This document shows positions 45,737-55,233 of a stretch of DNA of 64,000 nt, one piece after another. The DNA lies in the NCBI GenBank assembly GCA_017503375.1, contig JAFVTF010000008.1, forward strand, positions 64-64,063, given 5' to 3'. The stretch comes from Lentisphaeria bacterium (GTDB lineage: Bacteria > Verrucomicrobiota > Lentisphaeria > Victivallales > UBA1829). The first letter of the stretch is position 1, and each line of letters opens with the position of its first letter. The translations under genes were made by a program, and so were the position numbers. Under the pieces are notes generated by a model, which worked only from the letters and a program-made list of their open reading frames with translations, was not told where the DNA came from and ran no database searches.

Positions 45737-46948
45737 TCAATATCCTTTGGTTCCATTCAAACAGCGTTTGAATTCTTTGTTGTAAAGTTTAGCAAGCTCA
45801 ACATTGCGGATAATGATAATGTTTTCATCATTTCCTTTTTCTGCATTGTCAGAAAAGTTGTAGCTTCCGGTGATAACAGTATCTTCATCTATTGTGATTA
45901 CTTTATGATGCATTTTTCCTTTTGAGTTCGGGGAAATATCCATCTTCACTCCGCAGCTGAGAAGATACTGACTCTGACTGTAACGGGTTCTTGCCTGTCC
46001 TCTGTCAAGCACACAGTGAACTTCAACTCCATTTTTTGCCAGTTCTCCCAACTTCTGGGCAATCTTTTCTGAAGTCAATACAAACGCCATGACATACACA
46101 CATGCTTTTGCATCGGAAAGCTGGGCACAGATAATGTCCGCTACTCCGTCACTGGGAGAAAAGGCCACCTGTACAGGCATTTTGCCAAGTGAGGTTTTGC
46201 CGAATTCTTTTGTCTTGATCACAGCTGTTTTGCTGAAGTTGCCGGACATATATTCTTTGAATTTTTCCTTGTAAAAAGCAGCAATTCCTCTGGAATCAAG
46301 AATCAGGGCGTTATTGTCATTCCGGATCTTTCCGTTCTCTGTAAAATTGAATGAACCTGTCCAGACTTTCTGTCCATCCAGAACAACAAATTTATTGTGC
46401 ATGATCGTGGAACGTTCATCTGCAACAACCCAGATTCCGGCCTTCTCCAGTCGGTCTATCGCTTTCAGTTTCCGATTGTCTGAATCAGTAACGACACGAA
46501 CAGATACCCCGCGGTTTTTTGCATTGACTAATGCTTCTGTAACTTCCGGAAGATCAAGGTCATAAATACATACATCAAGGGTTTGCTTTGCTGAGTCGAT
46601 AAACTGGCAAAGGCCTTTCGTAATCTGTTTCCCGGGTGCAAAATACACTGCAATGTCGGGAGAGCCTGTTGTCCGGACCGTTACCGCTTCATCATAACGG
46701 TGCAAATCCAATCCCGTCTTCAGAATCAAATTGTTTCTGTTCCGGAGGCAGAATGCGTGTACCTGTTCCAGAAATCCCGGAACATCCTCTTCCGGGACAT
46801 AGGAAAAGGCTGTTCCAAGCCCCAAAAGAATCAGAATCGTCAGAAGGGACCAGAATTTCCATTTACTGAAAAAACGGAATCCTTTTGCAGCAGAAGCTGT
46901 ACTTCCTCCGCTGGTCTTTTTACTCGTTTTCTGGCTTGCTTTTGCCAT
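45737..46948 (-). CDS. Membrane-anchored phospholipase D-family protein (two HKD motifs)
   Basis: HNKFVVLDGQKVWTGSFNFT and HHKVITIDEDTVITGSYNFS. N-terminal TM helix FWSLLTILILLGLGTAF. Confidence 0.8.
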   Translation of the reverse strand: MAKASQKTSKKTSGGSTASAAKGFRFFSKWKFWSLLTILILLGLGTAFSYVPEEDVPGFLEQVHAFCLRNRNNLILKTGLDLHRYDEAVTVRTTGSPDIAVYFAPGKQITKGLCQFIDSAKQTLDVCIYDLDLPEVTEALVNAKNRGVSVRVVTDSDNRKLKAIDRLEKAGIWVVADERSTIMHNKFVVLDGQKVWTGSFNFTENGKIRNDNNALILDSRGIAAFYKEKFKEYMSGNFSKTAVIKTKEFGKTSLGKMPVQVAFSPSDGVADIICAQLSDAKACVYVMAFVLTSEKIAQKLGELAKNGVEVHCVLDRGQARTRYSQSQYLLSCGVKMDISPNSKGKMHHKVITIDEDTVITGSYNFSDNAEKGNDENIIIIRNVELAKLYNKEFKRCLNGTKGY

Positions 46949-46973
46949 AAAAATTCACCTGCTGACTCAGGAA

Positions 46974-48752
46974 TTACTTCCGGGGAAGTTCCTGCTGTGC
47001 CTGTTGCTGCTGAAGAACATGGTTCTTTGTGTTTTTATTGATCCATTCATAAAATGCGGCAATGCCTGTCTGCTGCTTTTCTGAACTGTAAAGCTCATCA
47101 AAAACACCTTTCTGAGAAGCAAGTTCCTTTGCTGTCGGAACAGTGCGCTTCATCACAAAATAAACCATATCTCCTTCTCCGGAAATTGTATCTTTGGAAA
47201 GTGCTCCGGTTGCTGTTTCAAGAATGGGCATATACTGCTGCATCTGCATCATGGCAAACTGCATCTGCATCTGTCCCTGCATCATTTTCATATTCATTTC
47301 CTGTGCGGAAACCTTCGCTGTGGACAGTGCCTGAAGCTCTTTGCTGATCTTCAGAACACCTGCTTTAATGGTGGAAAGTTTGATGGCAGGAACTTTTTCA
47401 ACAGTACCGCCTTTGGCAAGTGCACGGATCTTCTTTTCGTCAATTGCCTGTTTGGCTTTCTTTGCACCTTCCAGTGCTGCACGGAAATTCCGCAGAGCTT
47501 CTTTTGCATTGATTGCAGCTTTCTGATCAATATATCTCTTCTGAACTTCTGATTTTGCTGCGGCAAAGCTCAGCTGTGCAGGTGCTTTTACATCGGTAAC
47601 TGCTGCAACATAAACTGCCTTTTCGCCGATGACAGGATCGGTGACAGGAGCATTTTCTTTGGCTTTCATGACCAATGCAGCTTTCAGAGCGGCTTCTTCA
47701 CCGACTCCGGGCAGTGCCTTGTCAAGTCCGCTGAACCAGCCGATTGCAAGACGTTTGCTGGGAACTGAAGCTGCAAGTTTCTGATATTCCTGCAAATAGG
47801 CTTTCCTGTTACCGGCAATCAGTTCTGTTGCCTTGTAAACTTTTTCGCGGAAAGCTTTTGCATCTGCCAGCGCAAGCTGTTTCTGCTGGTTTTTGACATA
47901 ATCAGCCTTGAACTGCGCATAAGTCATCTGTTTTCCGTCGGCGGGATTGATCAGAGTTGCTTTGTTCTTGTTGTAGAAATCTTTTGCAGCCTTTTCGCTG
48001 ACCTTGTAATCATTGTAACGGAACGCAACGGTTTCGCCCTTGTAGGTTTCCTGTGAAAGGAACATACCTTTATTATTGTTATAGAATGTCTGAAGATCTT
48101 TTGCGGTGGGCTTGATTGTCTTCTTGAAATCATCTGTTTTGAAAACGATCTTCAAAGCTTCGGTGGTGGTCAAATCGTTCTTGAGAGCTTCTTCTGCTTC
48201 GGAGGGAGAAAGAACCTTGTTGTCCAGATACTGGGGTAGAGCATTGAATGTGAGCATCATGCGGACAGCTTCTTCAAGATCTTTTGCATTGAATCCTGCA
48301 GGATGAAGCTGAGCTTTTTCATAATTGATGTAAGCATCTGCATTGAACTTGCCGTCTTTCTGGAATGCGGGCAGAGCGCGGAGAGTCTTTGCTACTTCGC
48401 TGTCAGGAATGACCACACCCAAACGCTGAGCGGCCTTGTACATAGCTGCCATGGGGAACGCTTCTTCAAATTGGACATTGATTCTTGTTTCGTTGGGGGA
48501 TTTGCCCAGCTGAACTGCCTGGAAAAGGGTTGCAGCCTTGATGACATCGGAAATATCCTTGTTTGTGACGGGGGTTCCTGCCACGTCACCGAAGACGGCA
48601 TCGGGTGAATTTGGATTTGCCCCGAAAAGGATGCTGCCGTCTGCGCCCGGAGTAAAGAACCAGACGAATGCAACGATGATGATTGCAGTGATGATACCGA
48701 ACATGATTTTACCATGTTTCACGAGAACGTTGTTGAGTTGTGTAATAGCCAT
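46974..48752 (-). CDS. PpiD/SurA-N-terminal-domain periplasmic chaperone-like protein
   Basis: The N-terminal anchor KIMFGIITAIIIVAFVWFF resembles the PpiD N-terminus. Long helical body. I could not recognise a parvulin motif. Met/Gln-rich segment near the C-terminus. Confidence 0.65.
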   Translation of the reverse strand: MAITQLNNVLVKHGKIMFGIITAIIIVAFVWFFTPGADGSILFGANPNSPDAVFGDVAGTPVTNKDISDVIKAATLFQAVQLGKSPNETRINVQFEEAFPMAAMYKAAQRLGVVIPDSEVAKTLRALPAFQKDGKFNADAYINYEKAQLHPAGFNAKDLEEAVRMMLTFNALPQYLDNKVLSPSEAEEALKNDLTTTEALKIVFKTDDFKKTIKPTAKDLQTFYNNNKGMFLSQETYKGETVAFRYNDYKVSEKAAKDFYNKNKATLINPADGKQMTYAQFKADYVKNQQKQLALADAKAFREKVYKATELIAGNRKAYLQEYQKLAASVPSKRLAIGWFSGLDKALPGVGEEAALKAALVMKAKENAPVTDPVIGEKAVYVAAVTDVKAPAQLSFAAAKSEVQKRYIDQKAAINAKEALRNFRAALEGAKKAKQAIDEKKIRALAKGGTVEKVPAIKLSTIKAGVLKISKELQALSTAKVSAQEMNMKMMQGQMQMQFAMMQMQQYMPILETATGALSKDTISGEGDMVYFVMKRTVPTAKELASQKGVFDELYSSEKQQTGIAAFYEWINKNTKNHVLQQQQAQQELPRK

Positions 48753-49026
48753 TATGTCTACCTTCCTTGAATAAGATTATTTTTCTACTATTCCGTACTT
48801 TAGCACAATCCTGCAAATGTTCAAGTCCATTGTGAAAGTATTTTTTGAAAAAAAACACAGATATCCCATAATTTTTCAAAAAACAGGTATTTTTACACTT
48901 TTTGAGCGGAAGAAAATTGATTTTGTCAAATACAGCAAACAAGAAATACCGGAGTGGTAATGGTTCCGAAAGAAAAATCCTTCAAACAGCAAGAGTTCGT
49001 CCATTCAATAAAGACAATTTATCAAG

Positions 49027-49075
49027 AATAAATATAACAGTTGTTGTGGATTAATTCCAGTCATTTTGGCTGAAA
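49027..49075. repeat. 49-bp repeat, copy 2 (identical to 19817-19865)
   Basis: Base-for-base identity, read directly. Confidence 0.85.
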
Positions 49076-49204
49076 AGATAAAAATTAATCATTTTCAAAT
49101 GTATTTTATATCAACAAACACTTGCAAATTGAAAAAACGGAGGTATGGTAACATCAGAAGATGGTTTATCGTCCGGAATTTCAATCGAACGAAAGGAGCT
49201 TATT

Positions 49205-49651
49205 ATGGCTGATATCTCTCAAAGCGTTTGTCTCAATCATCCCGAAACACCGGCTGTCATCCGATGCGCAACTTGCGGAAAACCTATCTGCGAAAAGTGT
49301 ATCGTCTATATGAACGGTTCCGCTTATTGTTCCACACAATGCGCTGTCAATGCAGCAAATTCATCCGGACGCGTCAATGATGTCCTCGAAAGTAAAAAAC
49401 GCGCGGACAGCAAGTCCAAAGGAAAATTTATTGTTGTTTTGATCATACTTGCAGCCCTTGCAGCAGGCGGATATTGGTATTATCAGAACAATCAGGCAAA
49501 AGTACAGCGCGCTATCAAGAAAACAGAACGGAAACTGCGCCGTGCAGAAAACTCTGTCAAGGCAGATGCCCGTGAGGCGAAAAAAGAGATTCAGAAGAAT
49601 CTTCCCGGCGATTCCAAATATAAAAAAGACCGTGAAAATCTTGTGAAGTAA
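49205..49651 (+). CDS. B-box-like zinc-finger membrane protein
   Basis: CLNHPETPAVIRCATCGKPICEKC...CSTQC Cys/His pattern, one TM helix (FIVVLIILAALAAGGYWYY), and a Lys-rich tail. ATG at 49205 has AAGGAG at 7 nt. The track start at 49145 has no usable spacing. Confidence 0.6.
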   Translation: MADISQSVCLNHPETPAVIRCATCGKPICEKCIVYMNGSAYCSTQCAVNAANSSGRVNDVLESKKRADSKSKGKFIVVLIILAALAAGGYWYYQNNQAKVQRAIKKTERKLRRAENSVKADAREAKKEIQKNLPGDSKYKKDRENLVK

Positions 49652-49682
49652 AGGTAAAATCTGCCGGAAAGAGGAGGCGTAG

Positions 49683-50000
49683 ATGGAGAAAAATGAATCT
49701 GTCAGCGAAATCATGAGCCGTTTACAGAAGGAATATGATTTTTCCGGCAAGACGAAAAAAAAGATAGAAGGAGAGGAACCTGCGGTTGAATTGGTTTTGA
49801 ATGACCGCTGGTATGCCCGGATGACAAACGGATGGGGCGAGATTTATGAATTCTGGGATGGGAAATACAATGATGAATCTTTTGTGGAGATAGAAGCTGA
49901 AGCCGATACCGCAGAAGAGGCTTTGCGAAAACTTGAGGAATTGTGCAAAAAATACAAAGCTGAAAAATATATCATTGTTGATCCGACAAATTGGAGCTGA
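49683..50000 (+). CDS. Small acidic hypothetical protein
   Basis: 105-aa ORF with a GAGGAGG RBS 6 nt upstream. No recognised motif. Confidence 0.5.
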   Translation: MEKNESVSEIMSRLQKEYDFSGKTKKKIEGEEPAVELVLNDRWYARMTNGWGEIYEFWDGKYNDESFVEIEAEADTAEEALRKLEELCKKYKAEKYIIVDPTNWS

Positions 50001-50047
50001 AAACTTCAATCCCATATACCGGTATTAATAAAAAATGGAAATTTCAT

Positions 50048-50076
50048 TTGAAAATTATTGATTTCCGGTGTATATT
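50048..50076 (+). promoter_or_regulatory. Sigma70-like promoter candidate for pgi
   Basis: TTGAAA (50048-50053), N17, then TATATT (50071-50076), 45 nt upstream of ATG 50122. Confidence 0.45.
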
Positions 50077-50121
50077 TCCAGTCATTTGTATTGGACAATC
50101 AATCTCACAGGAGTATACATT

Positions 50122-51711
50122 ATGAATGATTGGATGGATCGCTGCCGCAAATATACGTTTGTGGATGGAAAGACCGGTTTTCAGATCAACTTTGCCGGGA
50201 TGAAATTTCAGGATTCTGCCGTTACCGAAATGGCAGAACGTTTTTCCGGTGTTCATGCAGAAATGCAGAAAATCGAAAAAGGCGAGATTAAGAACCCGGA
50301 TGAGAACAGAAAGGTTACGCACTTTACGGACCGTTCTGTCTATACCGGTTCCGCAGAATTTCAGGCAGTGGAAGAATTTGCTCAGGCAATCCGTACCGGA
50401 GCGATCACAGGTTCCACCGGAAGGAAATTTGAAGCTGCTTATATCAATGGAATCGGCGGTTCCGCTCTCGGTCCCCAGCTTCTTCAGATGGCTGTCAACG
50501 GTCCTTACTGGAATGAAAAAAGCGATGCCGCAAGAAATGGTAATCTGAAGATTTATTTCCTTGACAATACCGACACCGCAGGTTTGGCCGATGCACTTGA
50601 AGTGACCGATCTGGAAACAACTCTTGTAATCAATATTTCCAAGTCCGGCGGAACACAGGAAACAAAGAACAATATGAAAGCCTGCATGGATAAATATGCC
50701 GCGGCAGGACTTGATTTTGCAAAGCATGCCTGCGCGATCACGATGCGCGAAAGTGAACTGGATAATCTGGCACGCGGTTCCAAATGGCTGAAAGTTTTTG
50801 AAATGGCAGAGTCCATCGGCGGACGTACCAGCGAAACAAGTATCGTCGGTCATCTTCCCGCAGCTCTTGCAGGAATCGACTTCAAAGCTCTGCTTGACGG
50901 AGCCTGTCACATGGATGCGCTCACACGCAATCCTGAACTGACAGAAAACCCCGCATACATGCTTTCCGCAGTCTGGTATATTGCCGGAAACGGAAAAGGG
51001 GACCGCAATATGGTGATTGTTCCTTATTCCGACAGACTTGTGCTGATGTCCCGTTACCTCCAGCAGCTCGTTATGGAAAGTCTTGGAAAAGAAAAAGACC
51101 TGGATGGCAAACCTGTTCATCAGGGATTGAATGTGTTCGGCAACAAAGGCGGAACAGATGCCCATGCCTTTATTCAGCAGCTGAATGACGGAAGAGATGA
51201 TTTCTTTGTGACATTCATTGAAATTCTGGAAGATGCAATGGGGGCACCCATATCCAAAGGAATTGATATGGGTGATTATCTCCACGGATTTATGACAGGA
51301 CTTTCCAATGCACTCCGCAGCAAGGGACGCCAGGTGATCGAACTCCGTCTCAATAAAGTCGATGCTTTCAATCTCGGTATGCTGATTGCTCTTTATGAAA
51401 GAGCTGTTGCTGCGTATGCGGAACTGATCCACATCAATGCATTCCATCAGCCGGGCGTTCAGGCATACAAACTTGCAAGCCGCAGTGTAATTGATCTGCT
51501 CACGTCCTCCGAGGAAAAACTTGCGGCAAACGTTCCTTTCAGCGGAACATCTGCAGAGTTTACTGCTCTTCTCGGACTTGCTCCGGAAAAAGAATATGAG
51601 CTTGACGGAATCCTTGCAAAGCTTGCAGCAAACCCCGGAAAACGCATTCTCCCCTTTGCCATTACACGGTGCTGGGATGATAAAAAAGGCTGGGTTTTCA
51701 GCATCAAGTGA
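50122..51711 (+). CDS. pgi: Glucose-6-phosphate isomerase
   Basis: PGI motifs GIGGSALGP and ISKSGGTQET. Start set at ATG 50122 (AGGAG RBS at 9 nt). Confidence 0.85.
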   Translation: MNDWMDRCRKYTFVDGKTGFQINFAGMKFQDSAVTEMAERFSGVHAEMQKIEKGEIKNPDENRKVTHFTDRSVYTGSAEFQAVEEFAQAIRTGAITGSTGRKFEAAYINGIGGSALGPQLLQMAVNGPYWNEKSDAARNGNLKIYFLDNTDTAGLADALEVTDLETTLVINISKSGGTQETKNNMKACMDKYAAAGLDFAKHACAITMRESELDNLARGSKWLKVFEMAESIGGRTSETSIVGHLPAALAGIDFKALLDGACHMDALTRNPELTENPAYMLSAVWYIAGNGKGDRNMVIVPYSDRLVLMSRYLQQLVMESLGKEKDLDGKPVHQGLNVFGNKGGTDAHAFIQQLNDGRDDFFVTFIEILEDAMGAPISKGIDMGDYLHGFMTGLSNALRSKGRQVIELRLNKVDAFNLGMLIALYERAVAAYAELIHINAFHQPGVQAYKLASRSVIDLLTSSEEKLAANVPFSGTSAEFTALLGLAPEKEYELDGILAKLAANPGKRILPFAITRCWDDKKGWVFSIK

Positions 51712-51721
51712 GAATGGTAAA

Positions 51722-52744
51722 ATGAAATCTTCCGGAAACAACAGTCAGTCTGAAAAGGAGATCCTTCTCCCCGATGGAAGACCTGTTTCCGAAAGATTCA
51801 TGAAAACCGTTTCCTGCGATACCGGATCGGTTCAGATCAATACCGATTCGATCATGATTCTGCCGGATCTGGAGCAGGAGTACCGCATTATCAGTGAATT
51901 AAGTTCCGGCGGGACTGCTGTGATATTTCTGGCAGAGGATCGTTTTCTCAAACGGATGGTTGCGCTGAAATCTCTGCACAGAAAACATCTGTCTGATCCG
52001 AAACGGCGCAGAGCCTTTATCCGTGAAGCCCAGCTCATGGCCCAGCTGGAACATCCCTCCATCGTTCCTGTACATGGAATCGCCAAAGACTCTTCCGGCG
52101 GTCTTCATATCATAATGAAACACGTCGGCGGTGAATCATTGCGGGATCACCTCCGGCGTTTACGGGAAATGTATGCTGCAAAGAAATTATCCCGTGCTGG
52201 GGAACGGAAATCCCTGCATGACCGGATCGAGTTGTTTATCCGCATTTGTGATGCTGTGGCGTTTGCCCATTCAAAGAAGGTTTTGCATGGAGATTTGAAA
52301 CCGGCAAACATCATGATCGAACAATCCCACAATGTTTATCTCATGGACTGGGGGAATGCTTCGGTTATGGAGGACCATCCGGAAGATACAGAGTTGAAAG
52401 ATACTATTTCCGGAACACCGTCTTACCTTTCTCCCGAACTTGTCCGCGGAGAATATATGGATTGCCGTTCTGAGATTTTTACTTTGGGGCTGATCCTTTT
52501 TGAGATAGTGACTCTCTCCAAAGCTGTAACGGGAAAATCCCCCAGAGAGCTCCTGCTGAAAATCCGTGACGGAAAACGGAATCCGATCCGCCACAGATTC
52601 GGATTGCAAATTGCCCCGGCTTTGCGGGGGATGATTAAAAAAGCATTGCACCCGGACAGAGAAAAACGTTATCAAAGAGTTGCTGATTTTGCGGAAGAGC
52701 TGCGCAATTATTTGACGGTTTTTTCCTGTAAAGACGCAAATTGA
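51722..52744 (+). CDS. Ser/Thr protein kinase (Hanks type), kinase domain only
   Basis: VALK, HGDLKPANIM, DWG and GTPSYLSPE motifs. Start set at ATG 51722, after the pgi stop. The track start at 51491 lies inside pgi. Confidence 0.75.
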   Translation: MKSSGNNSQSEKEILLPDGRPVSERFMKTVSCDTGSVQINTDSIMILPDLEQEYRIISELSSGGTAVIFLAEDRFLKRMVALKSLHRKHLSDPKRRRAFIREAQLMAQLEHPSIVPVHGIAKDSSGGLHIIMKHVGGESLRDHLRRLREMYAAKKLSRAGERKSLHDRIELFIRICDAVAFAHSKKVLHGDLKPANIMIEQSHNVYLMDWGNASVMEDHPEDTELKDTISGTPSYLSPELVRGEYMDCRSEIFTLGLILFEIVTLSKAVTGKSPRELLLKIRDGKRNPIRHRFGLQIAPALRGMIKKALHPDREKRYQRVADFAEELRNYLTVFSCKDAN

Positions 52745-52809
52745 AGCAATTGAGATTTGTCAATTTTTGTCATTTTAGTCAAAAACAGCTCTATGATTGA
52801 AAAGAATAA

Positions 52810-52838
52810 TTGATTTTTTCAGACTTTTGTGCTATTGT
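52810..52838 (+). promoter_or_regulatory. Weak sigma70-like promoter candidate for locus 3
   Basis: TTGATT (52810-52815), N17, then TATTGT (52833-52838). Confidence 0.3.
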
Positions 52839-52871
52839 TCCGGAAGTTTATAAACAAACGGAATAAGAACA

Positions 52872-53915
52872 ATGAGTCTCAGAGAGCAAAAAAAAGTTTA
52901 TACTATGAATGAGATTTCTGCGGAATGCGGAGTCTCTCTCTCAACTGTATACAGAATATTGCGGGACCCATCGCGGGCAAACAATCCATTGCGCCGTCAG
53001 GTCCGGGCTCATCTTATTCAGAACGGTTATCTTCCGGAATATCATTCGGACGATGCAATTACAATAGTCAATGTGATTACAAGCGGAAATCATTTGCATC
53101 AATCCAGTTTTCATTTTCTTCTGCAAAAAGTTTGTCTGGAACGGCAGATCAATCTGGTTCTCTGTGAACATTCCAATCTGGAAAAAACTGTTCATTCTGT
53201 CAAACCAAGCGGTTTGATTTACAATATCTGTCCGGAAACATTCTATGAAAAACTTCCATCCGTTATCATTCATGCGGGGTATAACTCTGCAATGTGTACT
53301 TCGGTCGGGGAAGATGATATCGGCGGGATTTCCGCGATATTTGCAAAGCTGAAAGATCTTGGACACAAAAGGATTTTTTATTTTTCCCCGGATCTTTATG
53401 ATGATGATCAGATGTTTCAGGATCGTTTTATTGCAGACCGGATCAAACGTTGTTATGTTTTGAATGGTCTTGAATTCAAGGAAGAACTTCTGTGTTTCCG
53501 GAAGATATCAAGAGAGACTCATGAAGAGGTGATGAGTGAAGCCGTGAAATATTTTCTCTCAATGGAAGACCGTCCGACAGCAATTGTCACTCCAAGCGAT
53601 GTTTATTGTGAAGCCTTTTATAACAGATTCAGACAGCTTGGGATAAAGATTCCGCAGGATGTGTCGGTGGCCGGATATGGCAATATCCGCCGTTACAAAG
53701 ATTTTATGGATGAAAGTTCGCTGCCGTTGAAGCGGGCGGCAGCTCTGGAACCGCCTCTGACAACTTGCGATATGCCGGAAGAATTGGCTTCTACTGCGCT
53801 GGATTTTCTGTTGGAAAAAATAAATAATCCGCTTGTGAGAAATAAAAAATTGCTGATCATGCCGCAGATGATTTTTACAAATTCCATCGGACCCGCATCC
53901 GAAAACAGAAACTGA
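52872..53915 (+). CDS. LacI-family transcriptional regulator
   Basis: HTH YTMNEISAECGVSLSTVYRILRD followed by a PBP-like core. Confidence 0.8.
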   Translation: MSLREQKKVYTMNEISAECGVSLSTVYRILRDPSRANNPLRRQVRAHLIQNGYLPEYHSDDAITIVNVITSGNHLHQSSFHFLLQKVCLERQINLVLCEHSNLEKTVHSVKPSGLIYNICPETFYEKLPSVIIHAGYNSAMCTSVGEDDIGGISAIFAKLKDLGHKRIFYFSPDLYDDDQMFQDRFIADRIKRCYVLNGLEFKEELLCFRKISRETHEEVMSEAVKYFLSMEDRPTAIVTPSDVYCEAFYNRFRQLGIKIPQDVSVAGYGNIRRYKDFMDESSLPLKRAAALEPPLTTCDMPEELASTALDFLLEKINNPLVRNKKLLIMPQMIFTNSIGPASENRN

Positions 53916-53941
53916 ATTGAAAACATACAAAGGAAGGAAAC

Positions 53942-54682
53942 ATGAAAAGTCAAAAGAAAAAAACATCATTTACACTGATCGAGCTGCTTGTAGTGATTGC
54001 GATCATTGCGATCCTTGCAGGAATGCTGCTGCCCGCGCTGAACAACGCAAGAGAAAACGGAAGAAGATCCAACTGTTTCGGAAATTTGCGACAGTTCGGA
54101 TTGATCACGATCAATTATTCTGATGAAAATGATAATTGGGCTGTTGCATCGCATCTTGCAAAATTCAATTACAGTTCAAATAAAACATTTTTCCAGATGC
54201 TGACAGATGCCAAATATATTGAGCCGGGTTGGCAGGGCGCTGGAACTCCCAAGAAAAATTCTATCTTTTTCTGTGCATCCGGCAAACAGATTTCGACAAA
54301 CTTTCCTTCCACTCATTACGGTATGAACTGGATGATGGCAGAACACAGGGCTGGCGGTACTTATGTTAATGCATACGGAACACAGGCTTCGAAAGGAGCT
54401 AACAAGAAACCCTGGAGCATGAATCTGGGGTTCCTGAAGATAAATACCCTCAACCGTCCATCTTCCATTGCTGAAATGTCCGATTCTCCTGATGACGGAA
54501 GCGGATATAACTATGAAATCGCATCCAGAATGAAACATTTTTCGGCATTCCGTCACAATGGAACCTGCAATTATCTGATGTGGGATGGGCATGTTGAAAC
54601 CCATAGAAAAAATACCGTTACGCTTCTCACTGATTCCGAAACGATGGATCATCCCGCTGCATGGAAATTCCCCTGGTGGTAA
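53942..54682 (+). CDS. Type IV pilin-like pseudopilin with H-X9-DG motif
   Basis: [37 protein letters not shown] and [12 protein letters not shown]. Confidence 0.85.
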   Translation: MKSQKKKTSFTLIELLVVIAIIAILAGMLLPALNNARENGRRSNCFGNLRQFGLITINYSDENDNWAVASHLAKFNYSSNKTFFQMLTDAKYIEPGWQGAGTPKKNSIFFCASGKQISTNFPSTHYGMNWMMAEHRAGGTYVNAYGTQASKGANKKPWSMNLGFLKINTLNRPSSIAEMSDSPDDGSGYNYEIASRMKHFSAFRHNGTCNYLMWDGHVETHRKNTVTLLTDSETMDHPAAWKFPWW

Positions 54683-54726
54683 TAAACAAAATTTGTTTCC
54701 AACATAACCAAAGAAAGGATTACAAC

Positions 54727-55209
54727 ATGAAAAAAGTATTACTCACACTCGCTGCAACCCTCAGTATCGCCGCCGCAAACGCTTTTGAACTGAATTGCAC
54801 CTTTGACAAAGAACAGCCCGCTGGAATCAAGATGAACGGAACCGTTCAGAAGGAAAACGGCGCTTCTGTTCTCGTCAATGACAAAAACTATTATATCGGT
54901 ATCGCCAGCTTTGTGGCTGATAAAAATGCCGGCGGAGAACTGACTCTTGAACTGACTGCTGCAGGAAATCCCGCTTCTCTGCTCGGTGTTATCCTGTTTG
55001 AAAACAACAGCGGTAAACTGAAAACTCTCAAACATCTTGCATGGATGAGAAAAGTTGCAACAGATAAATATGAAAAACTGACTTTCAAGATCGCTCCCGG
55101 AATGTTGGCTGAAGGAAAGAAATATGATATCTATTTCTATCGTTCCAATCAGAAGGGTGCTTTGAAAGTCAAGCAGATCAATATCAAAACGATTCCTGCC
55201 GCAAAATAA
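54727..55209 (+). CDS. Small secreted beta-sandwich (CBM-like) protein, a stand-alone copy of the N-terminal domain of the next gene
   Basis: Signal peptide MKKVLLTLAATLSIAAANA. The mature part (FELNCTFDKEQPAG...GTVQKENGASVLVN.KNY...) aligns residue for residue with 55234-58626 residues ~20-160. Start set at ATG 54727. Confidence 0.7.
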   Translation: MKKVLLTLAATLSIAAANAFELNCTFDKEQPAGIKMNGTVQKENGASVLVNDKNYYIGIASFVADKNAGGELTLELTAAGNPASLLGVILFENNSGKLKTLKHLAWMRKVATDKYEKLTFKIAPGMLAEGKKYDIYFYRSNQKGALKVKQINIKTIPAAK

Positions 55210-55233
55210 TGCGGTCAGCAACGGTGGTAAGAG

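Noticed and set aside
50044-51741. 565-aa minus-strand ORF opposite pgi
   Set aside because: Codon-aligned antisense shadow of a gene with unambiguous PGI motifs.
52748-52765. Inverted repeat AATTGA-N6-TCAATT after the kinase gene, considered as the operator for the second LacI regulator
   Set aside because: The arms are only 6 bp, AT-rich, with no CG centre typical of LacI sites. It is followed by a T-rich run, so it is more simply a weak terminator of the pgi-kinase unit. I found no convincing operator for locus 3.
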